The notes beneath the pieces are model-generated. The model worked only from the letters and a program-made list of their open reading frames with translations, was not told the origin of the DNA and made no database searches. A program made the translations under genes and the position numbers. A stretch of DNA of 64,000 bases from Chiloscyllium plagiosum (lineage: Eukaryota), in assembly GCF_004010195.1 (NCBI RefSeq), contig NC_057718.1:61618136-61682135 (forward strand), written 5' to 3'. Below are positions 39,701-52,702 of this stretch, piece after piece. How positions within the stretch are numbered: position 1 is the first letter of the stretch; every line of letters starts with the position of its first letter.

Positions 39701-40499
39701 TATGTAACAGTGGCCAGTATGATCAGAATGTTCATTTCCTAGTGTTACTGTTTTCCTATTGGTTTTTCCCTCTGCGTTACTGTCTGCCATCTAACCTATC
39801 CTACCATCCAGCTCACCCTATCTACCTTGCCACTCTATTCTACTACCGTGTTACTAAGTCCACCCTGTTAGCCAATCCACCTTGCCACAATTCACCCTTG
39901 TCACCTGTCCTCTTCCATACCCTCTTCCCTATTTACCTCACCCACTGCTTACCTGAACCACACTAAGACGTTAACAGTTCCACACTGTGTTAGTGAATGA
40001 GTGAACATTTTAGAATATGGCAGTTCATGCTATAAAAAAGGTCCTGACTGTCCTCAACTACAGGGATTCAGTTTGATTGAAATTATGCTGCATGTTTCCA
40101 AAGACGCAGGCATACAAAATATGACACAGAAATGCAGCCTGGACAAAGCATAAAAAAGAATAAATTCAACAGTGATTGGTGCTCTTGGATATTTCAGTCA
40201 TATCTTACATTTTACAAACATGGACTTGTTGAATATAGTCAATGCTCTGCTTATTGCCAAAAAGATTTGCTGTTTGATATGATCTGCCGGACACTAGTGC
40301 ATAGTTTCGTAGCTGGCATTGCAATTCATATGCCACATTATTAATTGGCACATCATCTTTTAGGCTTGAAGGCTGCATCCAGTAAGTGGAAAACCCCACT
40401 CATGTTGCTACTGCATAACAGAAGCATAAAGTAAGGAGTTTCACTGTTGCTAAACTTTTTGAGCTAGTTTGTCCTTTCAGGGTAATTTGAGATAGGCTA

Positions 40500-41555
40500 G
40501 CACTTTTTAAATCTGAAAGTGGCAGCCTTCCATCCACTAATGAGTATGCATGATACACAGTGAGCAATGGTCATTCGCCATTATCCTGGAAGATCACTTT
40601 GATGCAGTCTATTTTGATTGAAAAACTCACTCAAACCTACTCACAAATTTAACAAGAAAGTCAATCTTAAAAAAGCATGCAGCTGTACCAATCCCAGGCA
40701 TATATTGACAAGTGAAAATTGATTGCAAATGTGAGTCGGGAATTCATTGGCAGATTTTCAATATGTGCATTGAGAAAAGGGGCTTGTTAGCCTTCTCCTT
40801 GTGAAAGGTGAATTTGAATGTGAGATGGAGTCCTTTAAGGTGTATTAGGAGATAACAACAGAATTCAGATTCTATTAGGATGAATGTATCATCTACGTAT
40901 CAGAAGTATGCAAAGGCTTGTAGGTTAGAGGTCATGCCATTGAAAACCCGATTCTCATGGAAATTGTCCAAAATGTTGGCAAGAGCTGAGCCTTGAAGGG
41001 ATCCCGTGGAACACAATAATGAGTAATGTGATACATGAATTTCAGTGCCAGTGCAAACTAGCCATGTAAGACATACATTCTAATGACTGGCAAATCGTAC
41101 CAATCAGATGTCCCTTCAGCTTCTCATGATTGGCTGAGTACAATGAAACTATGGTTGCAGAATTCAGAACATATCTGATATAAGATGTGATTCTAAGAGT
41201 GGACAACACTTTCTAAATAATATTAAGCAAGTTAAGAAATGCACCAACAATGAAATGAAAGATTACCTGTGAGTTTCAAAATATTCAGACACATAGACCT
41301 ACCCTCTACAGAAAAAAGGAACATATTCAGGGTATTATGTCTTTTTTGACAAGAACAAAAGCACGTTGGACAGTAGCATTTTGCAGTATTCTCCATGGCA
41401 ATGACTCAAGAAATCAGAATCAACTTGCCAATGAGTCAGAGGTTTTTTCTCATGAAATCATTTGACCCTTTGAAGTTTGGCATTCTTGTGTCTGTCCTGA
41501 TCTTTGCAAGAATAGCATTTGACAGCATATCTTTCTTTTAAGCAATACTCAAGCT
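40500..41555. mobile_element. Old Poseidon-like PLE: inverted RT piece (minus) joined to a GIY-YIG 3' end (plus)
   Basis: Minus strand reads YF*YVDDTFI (about 40878-40908) and FKFTFHKEKANKPLFL. Plus strand reads SNVIHEFQCQC from about 41020. Confidence 0.6.
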
Positions 41556-41599
41556 TTTTCTACCAAGGGATCAATTTTAAAACTTCAATGGTTTATTTA

Positions 41600-42075
41600 T
41601 TAGACCTTGCTCAATCTTTCTTAGTTGGCACAACTTTTCATTTCTAATATCATATTTGTAATATAATCTTGCATTATTTCCAATCCTCATACATGCTTTT
41701 AATATATGAGACAGACCAGAATTATTCATTGAGCTCAAATTCTAGTCAAGGTTCTGCACAAGTTTAACATAACTTCAATGCTTATCAATCCCATTCCTGT
41801 AGAAATTAAGCTTTGATTGCACTTTTAATGGTCTTATTTCCCTCTATCATTGCTTCTGGTGATTTGTATATATCTACCCTTGGATTTGCCTGCCCCTCTA
41901 TTCTATTTAGACAGTATTTGGCCTCTTTATTCTTCTTGCAAAACTGTATCACCTCACACTTATCTGTATTGAAACTAATTTCCCAATAACATGCCCATTT
42001 TACAAGATTATTAATGTCCTCTTGTATTTTGTCACAGTCATGCATTGTATTAACTATGACCCCGAATTCAGTGTC
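41600..42075 (-). mobile_element. CR1 RT fragment
   Basis: DTEFGVIVNTMHDCDKIQEDINNLVKWACYWEISFNTDKCEVIQF in ORF 41806-42114. Confidence 0.75.
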
Positions 42076-42536
42076 ATGCACAAGAGAGGAGTAATGCATC
42101 AACAGAAGCAGCACTTAAATATCCTCACAGTGAATTGTGTCTTTTATTTTTCTGGAGTACACAAAAATAATTTGTATAAATTATAAATTTTCATTGAGGG
42201 CTTTTGAAAACAAAAAAATCATATGTTTAAAAATTACAATGTCCACAGCACAGCTTCCTTCTTGTCCCAATCAATTTTAAATTGGGGTCAGTTCCTGACT
42301 TAATTTGTACTCAATGCTGTTATATATTGGTCAAGAACACAGAAAAAAAGTGATTTCATTCTTATAGCACCACAGGGCTCCCAAAGCACTTTTCAGCCAG
42401 TCAAATTCTTTGGAATAGAAATCAGTGATATAGTATTGGCAAGGCCCACAACCAATTTGCACGCAGCAAGATTTCATACATCACATTATAATGAAGGCAT
42501 TTCTGGTCTTACTGTTTTTCATCATGAATGGATAGT

Positions 42537-42665
42537 AGGAGAAAGTGAGGACTGCAGATGCTGGAGATCAGAGTCAAGAGTGCGGTGCTGGATAAGCACA
42601 GCAGGTCAGGCAGCATCCGAAGAGCAGGAGAATCAATGTTTCAAGCATAAGCCCTTAATCAGGAA
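42537..42665 (-). mobile_element. Solo PLE pLTR tail with degenerate hammerhead
   Basis: Same family as 37853-37989. Homology ends 3 nt upstream of CTGATTA. Confidence 0.8.
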
Positions 42666-43547
42666 AGAGGCCCCTCAGCAAAGAAAAAGCCTGGCAACTA
42701 GGCTTTCAGTGAATTTTCATTGAAAAGTTCATACTGTCCTCAACGTAAGCAGTCAGTACCACGTATCTCAAACTTGTGTCCCCAGCATCCACCATGATTT
42801 CATAATCAGGATCTGGTGTTGTCTTTAAACTCTTAGATGATTTTGAGCTTTATTGAGGGTAATGAAGATGGCTCAAGCACAAGCCACTACAGCCGCCAAA
42901 CCAATGGATGCCACTCAGAAAACAAAATGGTAGTTTATCTTAATATCTTTTTTGGAGTCATGAAGAGTCAGCTTTAAGATCCTCCCGGCTACCAAGTTCC
43001 TCGACCATTGCCCCTGATCATCAAGCTGCCCTGAATCAAGGTAACATTCATTACGTACTGGCAACTCTCCAATTTTAGTACAGATAATGCCAGTTAATAA
43101 AATTGGTCAAGTTTCTTTGTTTTTAATTCACTTGACAAAGCCAAACCATATAAGTCATCTTTACTTGCCTTGAAAAAGTGATGGTGAGCTAACATCTTGA
43201 AGCACTGCAATGCTTGTAATGTAGGCGCTCTGTTCAGAACAGAGTTTCAGCATTTTCAATCAGTGATGGTGAAAGACACGCATACAGTTGTAAGTCATGA
43301 TGGGGTGTAGCTTGGAGGTAGGTTTTTGGATTTAGAAGGTGCCATTGAAGAAACTTGAGTGAGTTGCTGCAGTACATCTTGTAAATAGTACATACAGTTG
43401 CAACTCTGAAGGAAGTGAATATTGGAAGTGTTAGATGGGATGCCAAACAAGCAGGCTGTTTTGTATTGGATTGTGTCCAAGTTCTCAAATGTTTTCAGAC
43501 CACACCTATCCAGTAAGTGTACAGTATTACATCACATTCCTAGCATG

Positions 43548-43775
43548 AGTCAAAAAGTGTGGCGCTGAAAAAGCTTAGCAGGTCAGGCAGCATCTGAGGA
43601 GCAGGAGAATTGACGTTTCGAGCATAAGCCCATTATCAGGAAACCTCACGATTCCTGATGAAGCGCTTATGCCTGTAACATTGACTCTCCTGTTCCTCGG
43701 ATGTTGTCTGACCTGCTGTGCTTTTCCAGCACCACACTTTTCGATTCTGAGCTCCAGCATCTGCAGTCCTCACTT
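43548..43775. mobile_element. Fold-back PLE mini-element with two divergent hammerhead motifs, 14 bp TSD with 2 mismatches, inside a LINE fragment
   Basis: ATTCCTAGCATGAG at 43536-43549 versus ATTCCTGACATGAG at 43776-43789. Cores at 43633-43639 (minus) and 43655-43661 (plus). Confidence 0.85.
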
Positions 43776-43903
43776 ATTCCTGACATGAGCCAGGTAAACA
43801 GGCATCAAGAAAACAGGAGATGTGTGGTCACAAAATTACTCACCTCTGACCCCCTCTCATAACTATAATTTATGGTATAGATCGTCTCGATCAGTTTCTG
43901 ATA

Positions 43904-45025
43904 TTTTTATTTCAAAAATATACATTGTTTATTAAAAATCTCTTTTTATATATTGTCACAATTGCAGTTTGATTCTATACAGTAATATACCAAGTAAACA
44001 AACAAATATTTGAGTTTGACTCTATCAATTCCGCCACCTCCAAACAGACCCCACCACCAGGGATATATTTCCCTGCCCACCCCATCAGCGTTCCGGAGAG
44101 ACCATTCCCTACGCAACTCCCTCGTCAGGTCCACACACCCCCACCAACCCAACCTCCACTCCCAGCACCTTCCCCTGCAACCACAAGATGTGCAAAACTT
44201 GCGCCCACACCTCCCTCCCTCACCTCCCTCCAAGGCCCCAATGGATCCTCCATCGCCAGACCCCGGCCACACGACACCTGGAGGAAGAGTGCCTCATCTT
44301 CCATCTAGGAACCCTCCAACCACACAGGATGAATGTAGATTTCTCCAGCTTCCTCATTTCCCCTCTCCCCACCTTATCTCAGTCCCAACCCCTGGATTCA
44401 GCACCGCCCTCTTGACCTGCAGTCTTCTTCCCGACCTCTCTGCCCTCACAACCTCTCCGGCCGATCACCCTCACCCTCACCTCCTTCCACCTATCGTATT
44501 CCCAGTGCCCCTCCCCCAAATTCCGCCCCCCCACACACCTTTTATCTCAGCCCGCTTGGCACACCAGCCTCATTCCTGAAGAAGGGCTTATGCCCGAAAT
44601 GTCGATTCTCCTGCTCCTCAGATACTGCCTGGCCTGCTGCGCCTTTCCAGCACCACACTTTTCAACTCTATTCCAACAAACCAAAGGCATCTCTTACGTG
44701 TACAAGATTATATTTACATTTATTGAGGCATGAGGAGGGTCCAGTAATCGAACAGACCGCCAAGTAACTTCAACAGGAAGATCTCTGCTTGTGGTCTTTC
44801 CTCACTGCACCTTGGCGGAAGCTGCCCCAAACTTTAGTCCATCCCTCAGCATGTAGTCCTGGACCTTGGAGTCTGCAACACTCAGTCAAAGTCAATTCCT
44901 TGTTCTGGAAGACCAACAAGTTCTGGACAGACCAGAGAGTGTCTTTCATCGAGCTGATTGTCCTCCAGGCTCAGTCGATATTTGTCTCAGTGTAAATCCC
45001 AGGGAACAGATCGTAGTGTTGATTA
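43904..45025 (-). mobile_element. L1/Tx1-like LINE 3' end, interrupted by a PLE fragment
   Basis: Minus strand reads LFPGIYTETNID*AWRTISSMKDTLWSVQNLLVFQNKELTLTECCRL, with an AATAAA and A-rich 3' end near 43904-43935. Confidence 0.7.
44028..44669 (+). mobile_element. Internally deleted Neptune-like PLE 3' fragment
   Basis: PTPSAFRRDHSLRNSLVRS, CKTCAH and LEEECLIFHLGTLQP. Hammerhead CTGAAGA-agggcttatgccc-GAAATGTC at about 44576-44603. Confidence 0.88.
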
Positions 45026-45989
45026 GGCTGTTGAAAGGGGGTTCTGGGAGGCCATTTAGCAATAGTAAGGCTGTAGAATGTCCCAGAGAGGTGGTTAACT
45101 GCTATCTTGATGGTGATATTTATTGTCTGGCACTTATGTAATGATGATTTTTTTTGGATCTCCTATCAGCCTGAATTTGAATGTTGCCCAGAGTTTGCTG
45201 GATGCAGACCACAGGTATTTTCAGTACCTGAGGAGTTGTATATCGCACTGAACACCATACAACTGTAAGCAAATAATCCAACCTCTTATCTTATGTTGGG
45301 GGGGGAGGTCATTGCTAAAGCAATTAAGTTGGTAATCCTGTTGAACTTCAAGGAGGTATGATTTGAAATTCTATGCCCTCATGCATCATGAGGTCAGAAA
45401 TGCATCTTCAAATGCCATATCTTATCAATTGCACCACCAGCCGCACACTCTGCTCACAGCACTGCATCACCATTAGTCACCCACCAATACATCCATCAGT
45501 CACAATTCTGAGCTAATATTCATTACTTTCTAACCATCATGCTTGCACTGCTGAAAGTCTCACACCTTCATCTTACAGCTTGCACAGACCGACAGCTATC
45601 TAATCTGAACAGCAACATCACCAAAACACATTGCACCACACTCAACAACACACTTTCTTTACAAGATGGCACACAGTCACTGCTACAGGACTAACCAGTG
45701 GGGAATAGGCACATCCTTATGTCAGTTCAAGAGCCAATATCTGACATCATCGGTAAGATTTGCATGGTCAGGAAGGAGAAATCATATCCAGACTGAGACA
45801 AACAGCCTGCGATAAATTAACAACCCAGGATCGGGGAACATAAAACAAAGACTGACATCACAGGAAAATCGTAAGCTCATTGGTTGGTAATACCTGCTAA
45901 ATTTACTATCCGTTATGGGTCACTTTCAGAATGAAAATAAAAGAACTAAAAGATCGGTAGGAATTTTTTTTAGAAAACAAGTGAAGAAT

Positions 45990-46952
45990 GAAGTAAACAA
46001 AATAGAGATGCCAGCCCAGGCGATGGGTTGTACCCACATGATGTGGGAGCTGGTGGATTCCATTGTGGTTCATAATGACCACATCTACAGCAAGTATTGG
46101 CTGCTTGAGGAACTCTGGTTCAGAGCTGATGAGTTAGAGTCTGAGTTTCGAACACTGTAATGTATCGGGGATGGGGAAAGTTATCTGGATGCTGTTTTTC
46201 AAGAGGCAGTCATACCCCTTAGATTGACTACCAGGAATTCAGTCAGTGTTCAGGGACAGGAGGCTGTGACAACAAGCAAGGTGGTTAGAGGGATCCAGGA
46301 GGTAGTGTTGAAGGAACGTCAGCCCTTAAGATTGTCTAACGGGTTTGAGATTCTTGTTCCCTGTGTGGATGAGAGAGAGTGCTATAGGAAGGATGAGCAA
46401 ACTATCCATAATATTGTGGTGCATGGAGCCATTCACAAGGGGGCAGAAAAAAGAAGTGTAGCTGTAATCAGTGACAGTATATTCAGGAGAATAGACAATA
46501 TTCTCTGTGGTCAGGATTGAGGTCCTGAAGGCCATGTTGCCTGCCCGGTGCCCTAGTTCAGTATATCTCATATAGCTTGCAGAGGAACTTGGAGTGGAAA
46601 TGAGCCAGTTGTTGTGATTCAGGTAGGTACCAAAGATACCAATGCAAAAGAGGAAAGAGGTTCTGCTGAAGGAATATATGTAGATCAGGCTAAATTAAAA
46701 AGCAGAATCAAAGAGATAATAACCTCCATATTACTACCTAAACTGCAAGCTAATTGGCAGAGGGTCATCAAAATCAAAGTGGTAAATGTGTGGCTCAAAG
46801 ATGGGTGTTGGAGAAATGGATTCAAATTGATGGGACATTTGCACAAGTACTAGAGAAGGAGGGAGTTGTTCTGATAGGACAGGCTTCATTTTAATCATAC
46901 TGGGACCAGAGTTCTGGTGAACCACAATACTAAGGCTATGGATAGGACTTAA
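45990..46952 (+). pseudogene. CR1 ORF1 remnant (Zn-finger/coiled coil and SGNH esterase)
   Basis: MMWELVD..LEELWFRADELESEFRTL, LSNGFEIL, VAVISDSIFRRID, CCLPGA, IQVGTKD and DRLHFNHTG across frameshifts. Confidence 0.8.
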
Positions 46953-47324
46953 TACTGAGCATCAGTGGTAAAGGATGTGGATGTTTGTGGATGTGGTGTG
47001 AATCAAGGGGACTGTCTTGTCCTGGATGGTGTCAAGCTTCTTGAATCTTGTTGGAGCTGCATCCATCCAGGCAAGCGGGGAGTATTCCATCACACTCCTG
47101 ACTTGTGCCTTGGCATTGGTGGACAGCAGTCAGATGGTGAGTTATTCACTGCATATTTCTAGCCTCTGACCTGCTCTTGTAGCCATTGTGTTTATGTGGC
47201 ATGTCCATTTGAGTTCTGTTGCAGAAGACTCAGTCAAAGTAGAGTACAGAAAGAAAGGTTAACGGGCATACTTGCTGAGTGGTGTAGAGCTGTTAGTAAA
47301 TGAGGAATGGAGGTGGCATTCGAT

Positions 47325-48400
47325 ATAATGTAATCAGATGAGCAATCATAGACAGTCCACTCAGAAAGAGACTTTGTTGACTCTCTCAACTCTTCCACCT
47401 ATGCCTCCGCTTTTCCCTTAACTTTGTTTTCCTCCACTTCCTCCTCAGCTGCCTGCTACGTTCCTAGTAACAAAGGCAATGTCCTCAAGATGTAGAAAGC
47501 AACATCAACATACCATGTTGAATCATGCCCTGTCAATTATTTCAGGGATCTTCAAGAGTAGTTCAAGCAACAGAAGTGGTTAAACTGCCAGTGGTTTTCT
47601 CAATGACACTTGTATAACTCTCATCATATACCTGCTGCTCAGTTGTGCATGGAATTCACAACATAATCATGAACCAAGGCATATAGTAAATAGCCCTTAA
47701 CTACCACCCAATAGCCACCCTCTGATTTCCCATGGGGGCTCAAGTGGTGATGGTAGACTATACTGGCACAGTTTAAAAGTCATCATTATCGCTGCCAGTA
47801 TAACTGGCATTGACCCATGCTAGACAGAGCACGATCACACACTGACTGGATATTAACAGATTGTGACTCTTTGTGGTGTGGTACATTTTAAATTCACGTA
47901 CCGCATCCACAAAGTGACTTATGTGCAGTGTCATTGGCAACCCCACACCATAGAGAAGGCTGCAATTCTGAAAAGCTGGTGTGCTCACTCTGCCTGCAGT
48001 TCTCTTGCAGGAGAGAACGAAATGCATTCAGCCTCTCTGGAACCCAGCATTCGGCCACTTCTTTTGTACAATAGTAAATGGCAACCTGCAAGCTGAAAAT
48101 GTCACCTGTTTCAACATGGATTGGAGCCAACACAAACAAGTTCAAGGCCACAGATATTTGCACAAATATTGGCAGCCATGTCCTCATTCCTCCTTCCGGC
48201 GACAAAATAACAGATTCCTGTGAGTGCCTGCTGAGTGAAACAGAGGCATCATGCACCCTGCTCCTCACTGAGGTTGGGAGAGGATAAGTGCTTCCAAAGA
48301 CATTGGGATTCCATGGCCTGTGGTTGAGAGGCCTGTTATCTTCCTCCTCCTTCTTTGAGCAGCTTCTCCTGCTCTGCATCAGCTCATTCTCACTGCCATG
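47325..48400 (-). pseudogene. Decayed PIF/Harbinger DDE transposase
   Basis: Across frameshifts: NLSEEQG..LCFT, RTWLPIFVQISVALNLF..GDI..AIYYCTKEV, RIAAFSMVWG, WVNASYTGSDNDDF, GWLLG..KGY, VIEKTTG..HFCCL and an acidic tail. These are colinear with HARBI1-family motifs. Confidence 0.75.
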
Positions 48401-48599
48401 TTGCATGCCAAGTCAAATATAAACTATCGGTCTCAGGATTGAGAGCAAGTGGTCTGAGCAGAAATCTCGCAGGAAGAACCGGTCCTTCACCAAGGTCCAC
48501 ACCAACCCTTGTAGATTCACTAACTTAAAATGAGCTTCTAACGCTAATTCATCCAACAGGCTTTATCAATCCATTGGCAAATAACTTGAAATTAGTTAA

Positions 48600-48995
48600 T
48601 GATGTTGCTGGGACTGGGAGAGTTTAAGTTATAAGGATAGGCTGTGACTTTTTTTCACCTGAGCGTAGGAGGTTGATGGCTGAGGTTATAGAGGTTTATA
48701 AAATCATGAGGGGTATAGATAAGGTGAATGGCAAAGGTCCTTTCCCTCGGGTGGGGAAATTCAAAACTAGGTGGCAAATTTTTAAGGTGAGAGGAGAAAG
48801 ATTTAGAAGGGACCTGAGGGGCAACTTTTTCACACAGGGTGGTTAGCATTTGCAACATTTAAAAAAACATTTGGATATGCACGTGAATAAGAAAGGTTTA
48901 AAGGGATGTGGGAGAAACACAGTCAAGTGGGATAAGTTTAGTTTAGGAGACTTGGTCGGTATGGACCAAAGGGCATGTTTCTACTCTATAATTCT
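48600..48995 (+). mobile_element. CR1 3' fragment
   Basis: IEVYKIMRGIDKVN and the CR1 3' UTR. Confidence 0.85.
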
Positions 48996-51542
48996 CATAA
49001 ATAGCACAGATGGATGTTCTTCTGACTGCCAAGTTCATTTTCAGCTGGATGAGATTAAAAGAGGTTAACTTGGAGTATAAAAGGGGAAAATGGACATCGC
49101 TAGATTCAAGCCAATGCCACACACTGACTGACAACACAATTGACCTACTCTGCATTCTTCTAGGGCACATTTACAGTTCCCACATTAACATGTTTGTCAC
49201 AATGACACCTGGTGATGTCAGTACCAGAACGGTGTGCCCAGTATGGATTGTATATTTTGGACGTGAATGTGCGCCAGTACCGCCAAAAAATACAAGCAAC
49301 TGAAATTTGCAGCCCCAGAATAAATGCAATGAAATGGTGAATAGATCTGGGAAGAACCCATTTACATTTGCACTACACACTCCATACTCAGGAAATCTTG
49401 TACCCCCTCCCAGCCCTCAGCTCTTTTCCTCTTGTGCAGACACAGATATAATACCCTACTTTGCTGAGGTATTTCAGAAAGCCCACTGGGACTAATATTC
49501 ACATACAGTTCTTGGCCAAAGCATGAGCTGCTGAATTAATATACCTATTATTAACATTCAAGAAACATTCCATAACCACAAATTAAATGACTAAAACTAA
49601 TTGAATAATTCAAATTTGACCTCGCTATTTGGTTTATCTGGTTTTACCTGACAAATAGTGAGCCCTATATGAACTTCCCTGGAAATCCTTTGACCTCTTT
49701 AACATAAGTTGATACCAACCTCCGCCAAGAAGGTGATTAAAACATGATCATGTGCACTTGAACTGCATGAGCAGGGTTTAATCCACACTTACGGGTAACT
49801 CATCAAGATAAGGGCTTAGTATAAAAAGACGTTATCATTGTAAATGTATGGAAAATGTTGCTCTGACTTTGAAATGTCTTAATAAAGAGAGTGGAACTTA
49901 ATAGTAATTGCAACATAATAGCAGGCAGGATACACAATATTTTGGTTGGAATTTGCACTCCTTTCAATGAAGCACTTGCTGCTAACTGCATATTCCTGTA
50001 CTCGATGGTAGAAAGTTAGAATCCTTGTCTTCTGTGAAAAGCTTTTCATACCAAACTCTTTCACACTGCAGTTGGCAATATTATTTTTAAATGCTTCTTT
50101 TTGTTTAAGTAGACAGTGGCTCCTCTGCCCTTGCTCTCCTGGCTTTCTACTCACTGCTAGTTTGCAGCTTCCATCAGCCTTCTTACCCATGAGGCCTCAG
50201 TTCAATGACACACAAACAATTTCATCTGTTTCCTTTGCTGTGCCCATTTTAAGAACAAAAGCAATGCCGGTCAATTGTCCGTCTCCTTCCTAGCCCCCCC
50301 TAAACTTTCCTGTACCCCATTGTGGAGTCACGAGGTGTAAACAGAAATTAAACCTGCCTTTAGGTTCAAATTAGCGTTTCTTCTCGTCACTGTGCCATGT
50401 CAAAAAATTAAAAAGTAAACAAAGGTCCCACAAATCCCCTGATTGCATTAATCATTCAAATGACGTATTAGCATTCTTCATACTCTGCTGTTGTGCTTCC
50501 AAATTAACACCTCCAGGTTCATGGGAATAGAAATTAACTGAATAATCTGGCAGCCCCAGATGTCCTGGCGTGTTTTTCCCTGTGACTGATTTAATATGCC
50601 TCAAGAACAGCTCTGATGCATAAAAACTGCTAATGGTCAAGAAATAATTTATGACATTTGTAACAGATATGCCGAGCTTTCCTGGCACACTAAAAATACC
50701 AATCATGCGTTGGCTCATCTAGCAAGCTTAATCTCTCCTAGAGTGGTGCCAGCTAGGCCAAAGCAGGCACCGGAACGGTCCCCTGGCATTATTAGATGCA
50801 TGCCCAGAGTTATATTTGCATACAATATTTAGGACAAGCAGTTTTTTTTATTGTTCTTAATCAAAAGAGAATGACAACAAAAATAAATGAAGTTGCAAGT
50901 GCATGTGTTTTTTTTATCACATTGCGAATGTGCTTTTTCTCCCATTTATCACAGCCCATATTGAGAAAGTAGAATTTCTGAAAATGTGGTAATCAATGAA
51001 GGAGCTACATATGGCAGGGATCAAAGGTGTTACATAGTGTGTGGTTATGCTTTATTGCCAGCCAGTACTGTTAATTAGACAACAAGATCAGAGGCAATAT
51101 TAAAATCCAATTAAATTGATATGAACAGATTGCCAAGTGATGTACACTAATGTATAATTGAGTATCAAGCAAATGCTAGTCCCCATCTCCTGCTCCTACC
51201 TTCTGAATAAATGATGGAACCATAGAGGACGGAAACAAGTTTGCACATTAGCTGTGCAGCTCAGGGCTTTCATTTGCTTGTTTTGAATCGGTGGCTTTAG
51301 TCTTATCCCAGTGAATCATATCATCCTGCACTTCTCCATTGTTGTTGTCAGTCTGCATATGCTACTATCAGAATACTTAAACTGTGCCAGTGAGTCCCAC
51401 TGGTTTACAGGCATCAGTCCCATAAAACGTTCTTAAGCATGCTTTTTTAAAAAAAACTCTATGTTCTGTTATAATTTATTCCACATTGTCCCATCCCTAG
51501 TATTCTTGCAAAGCTCTATTTTACTATGAGCCAGTCCCAGTT

Positions 51543-51571
51543 TGTGTGTGTGTGTGTGTGCGCGTGTGCGC
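51543..51571. repeat. (TG)n/(CG) microsatellite
   Basis: TGTGTGTGTGTGTGTGTGCGCGTGTGCGC. Confidence 0.9.
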
Positions 51572-52459
51572 TGGAGCATTCTGCGATGATGGCCATATAA
51601 TGAATCACAATCTTGACCTCATAAACCCATCCCAAAACAAGCTACTGAATTGTAATTGGAAAAAATAATTTCGTGTGAGATTTCTTCTGCATCATATCTG
51701 AAGAATATTGAGACCAATTGTAGCATTCCTAATGATGCCCTGCCCGAGACTAGCTAATTCAGCATACACTGGACACTGCAATTGGTCCCTGCTGACCTGT
51801 CCATTGTTTGCTGACCTGTGTCCATTGCTTGTGATGTTATGTTTTATTTCTATCAAAATTATGTAAGTATGCATCATTCGCAGTGGGGATGAAATTGGAT
51901 AGCGGCAATATGCCAGCATGAATTAGGCATGAATTCCTGTCGCAGAGGCCAACTCAATATTCTACCTAGGGTGTCATTTTAACATGATGACTATAGCGTG
52001 AACCATGTGCGCCTGCTGTAAGATCCCACACAGCCTGTTACTAACTTAACAGTCCATCACAGGCAACTGCCCTTACTGTTGAGTTAGATGGGAGGCCCTG
52101 CTATGTTTCAGAACTGGTGTAGAGCTGGACCACCAGTTCATCCACAGTCACTCTGAACGCAGTTATCACATACAAAAGGCCTGAACGCAGTTTCAGATGT
52201 CCTTTACCAAATGGCAGGTGGGGCAGAATGTGTGCTGGATGCCATCATCTTGGACTCTTAGTTAGTAATTTCTCACCGGCAAAACAAATACAGCATAAAC
52301 GAGTTCCTAGGTCATTGTAGGACACGATTTACAGTGTTCCAATTCATGACATTTGATTGCAAGATGAAATATTGCAGTTGATTTAGATATCATGATAAAA
52401 CAAATTAAATACTCACTCAGTCCAAATGTTCTAGGACAATCCTCGAATGCCTTATCTTA

Positions 52460-52702
52460 GGGGTGGCACAGTGGTTCAGTGGTTAGCACTGCTGCCTCAC
52501 AGCACTAGGAACCTGGGTTCAGTTCCACCCTTGGGTGACTGTCTGTGTGGAGTTTGCACATTCTCTCACTGTCTGAGTGGGTTTCCTCCCACAGTCCAAA
52601 GATGTCCAAGTTAGGTTGGTTAGCCATGGGAAATACAGGGATAGAGTAGGGGGATGGGTAGGTGGAATACAAACGGCCTGCTTCCGCACTGTAAGTACTC
52701 TA
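52460..52702 (+). mobile_element. HE1-like SINE (internally deleted)
   Basis: A box GTGGTTCAGTGG, B-box-like GGTTCAGTTCC and V-domain. Confidence 0.85.

Noticed and set aside
47894..48406. Domesticated HARBI1-like gene
   Set aside because: Multiple frameshifts and stops, with degenerate catalytic motifs.
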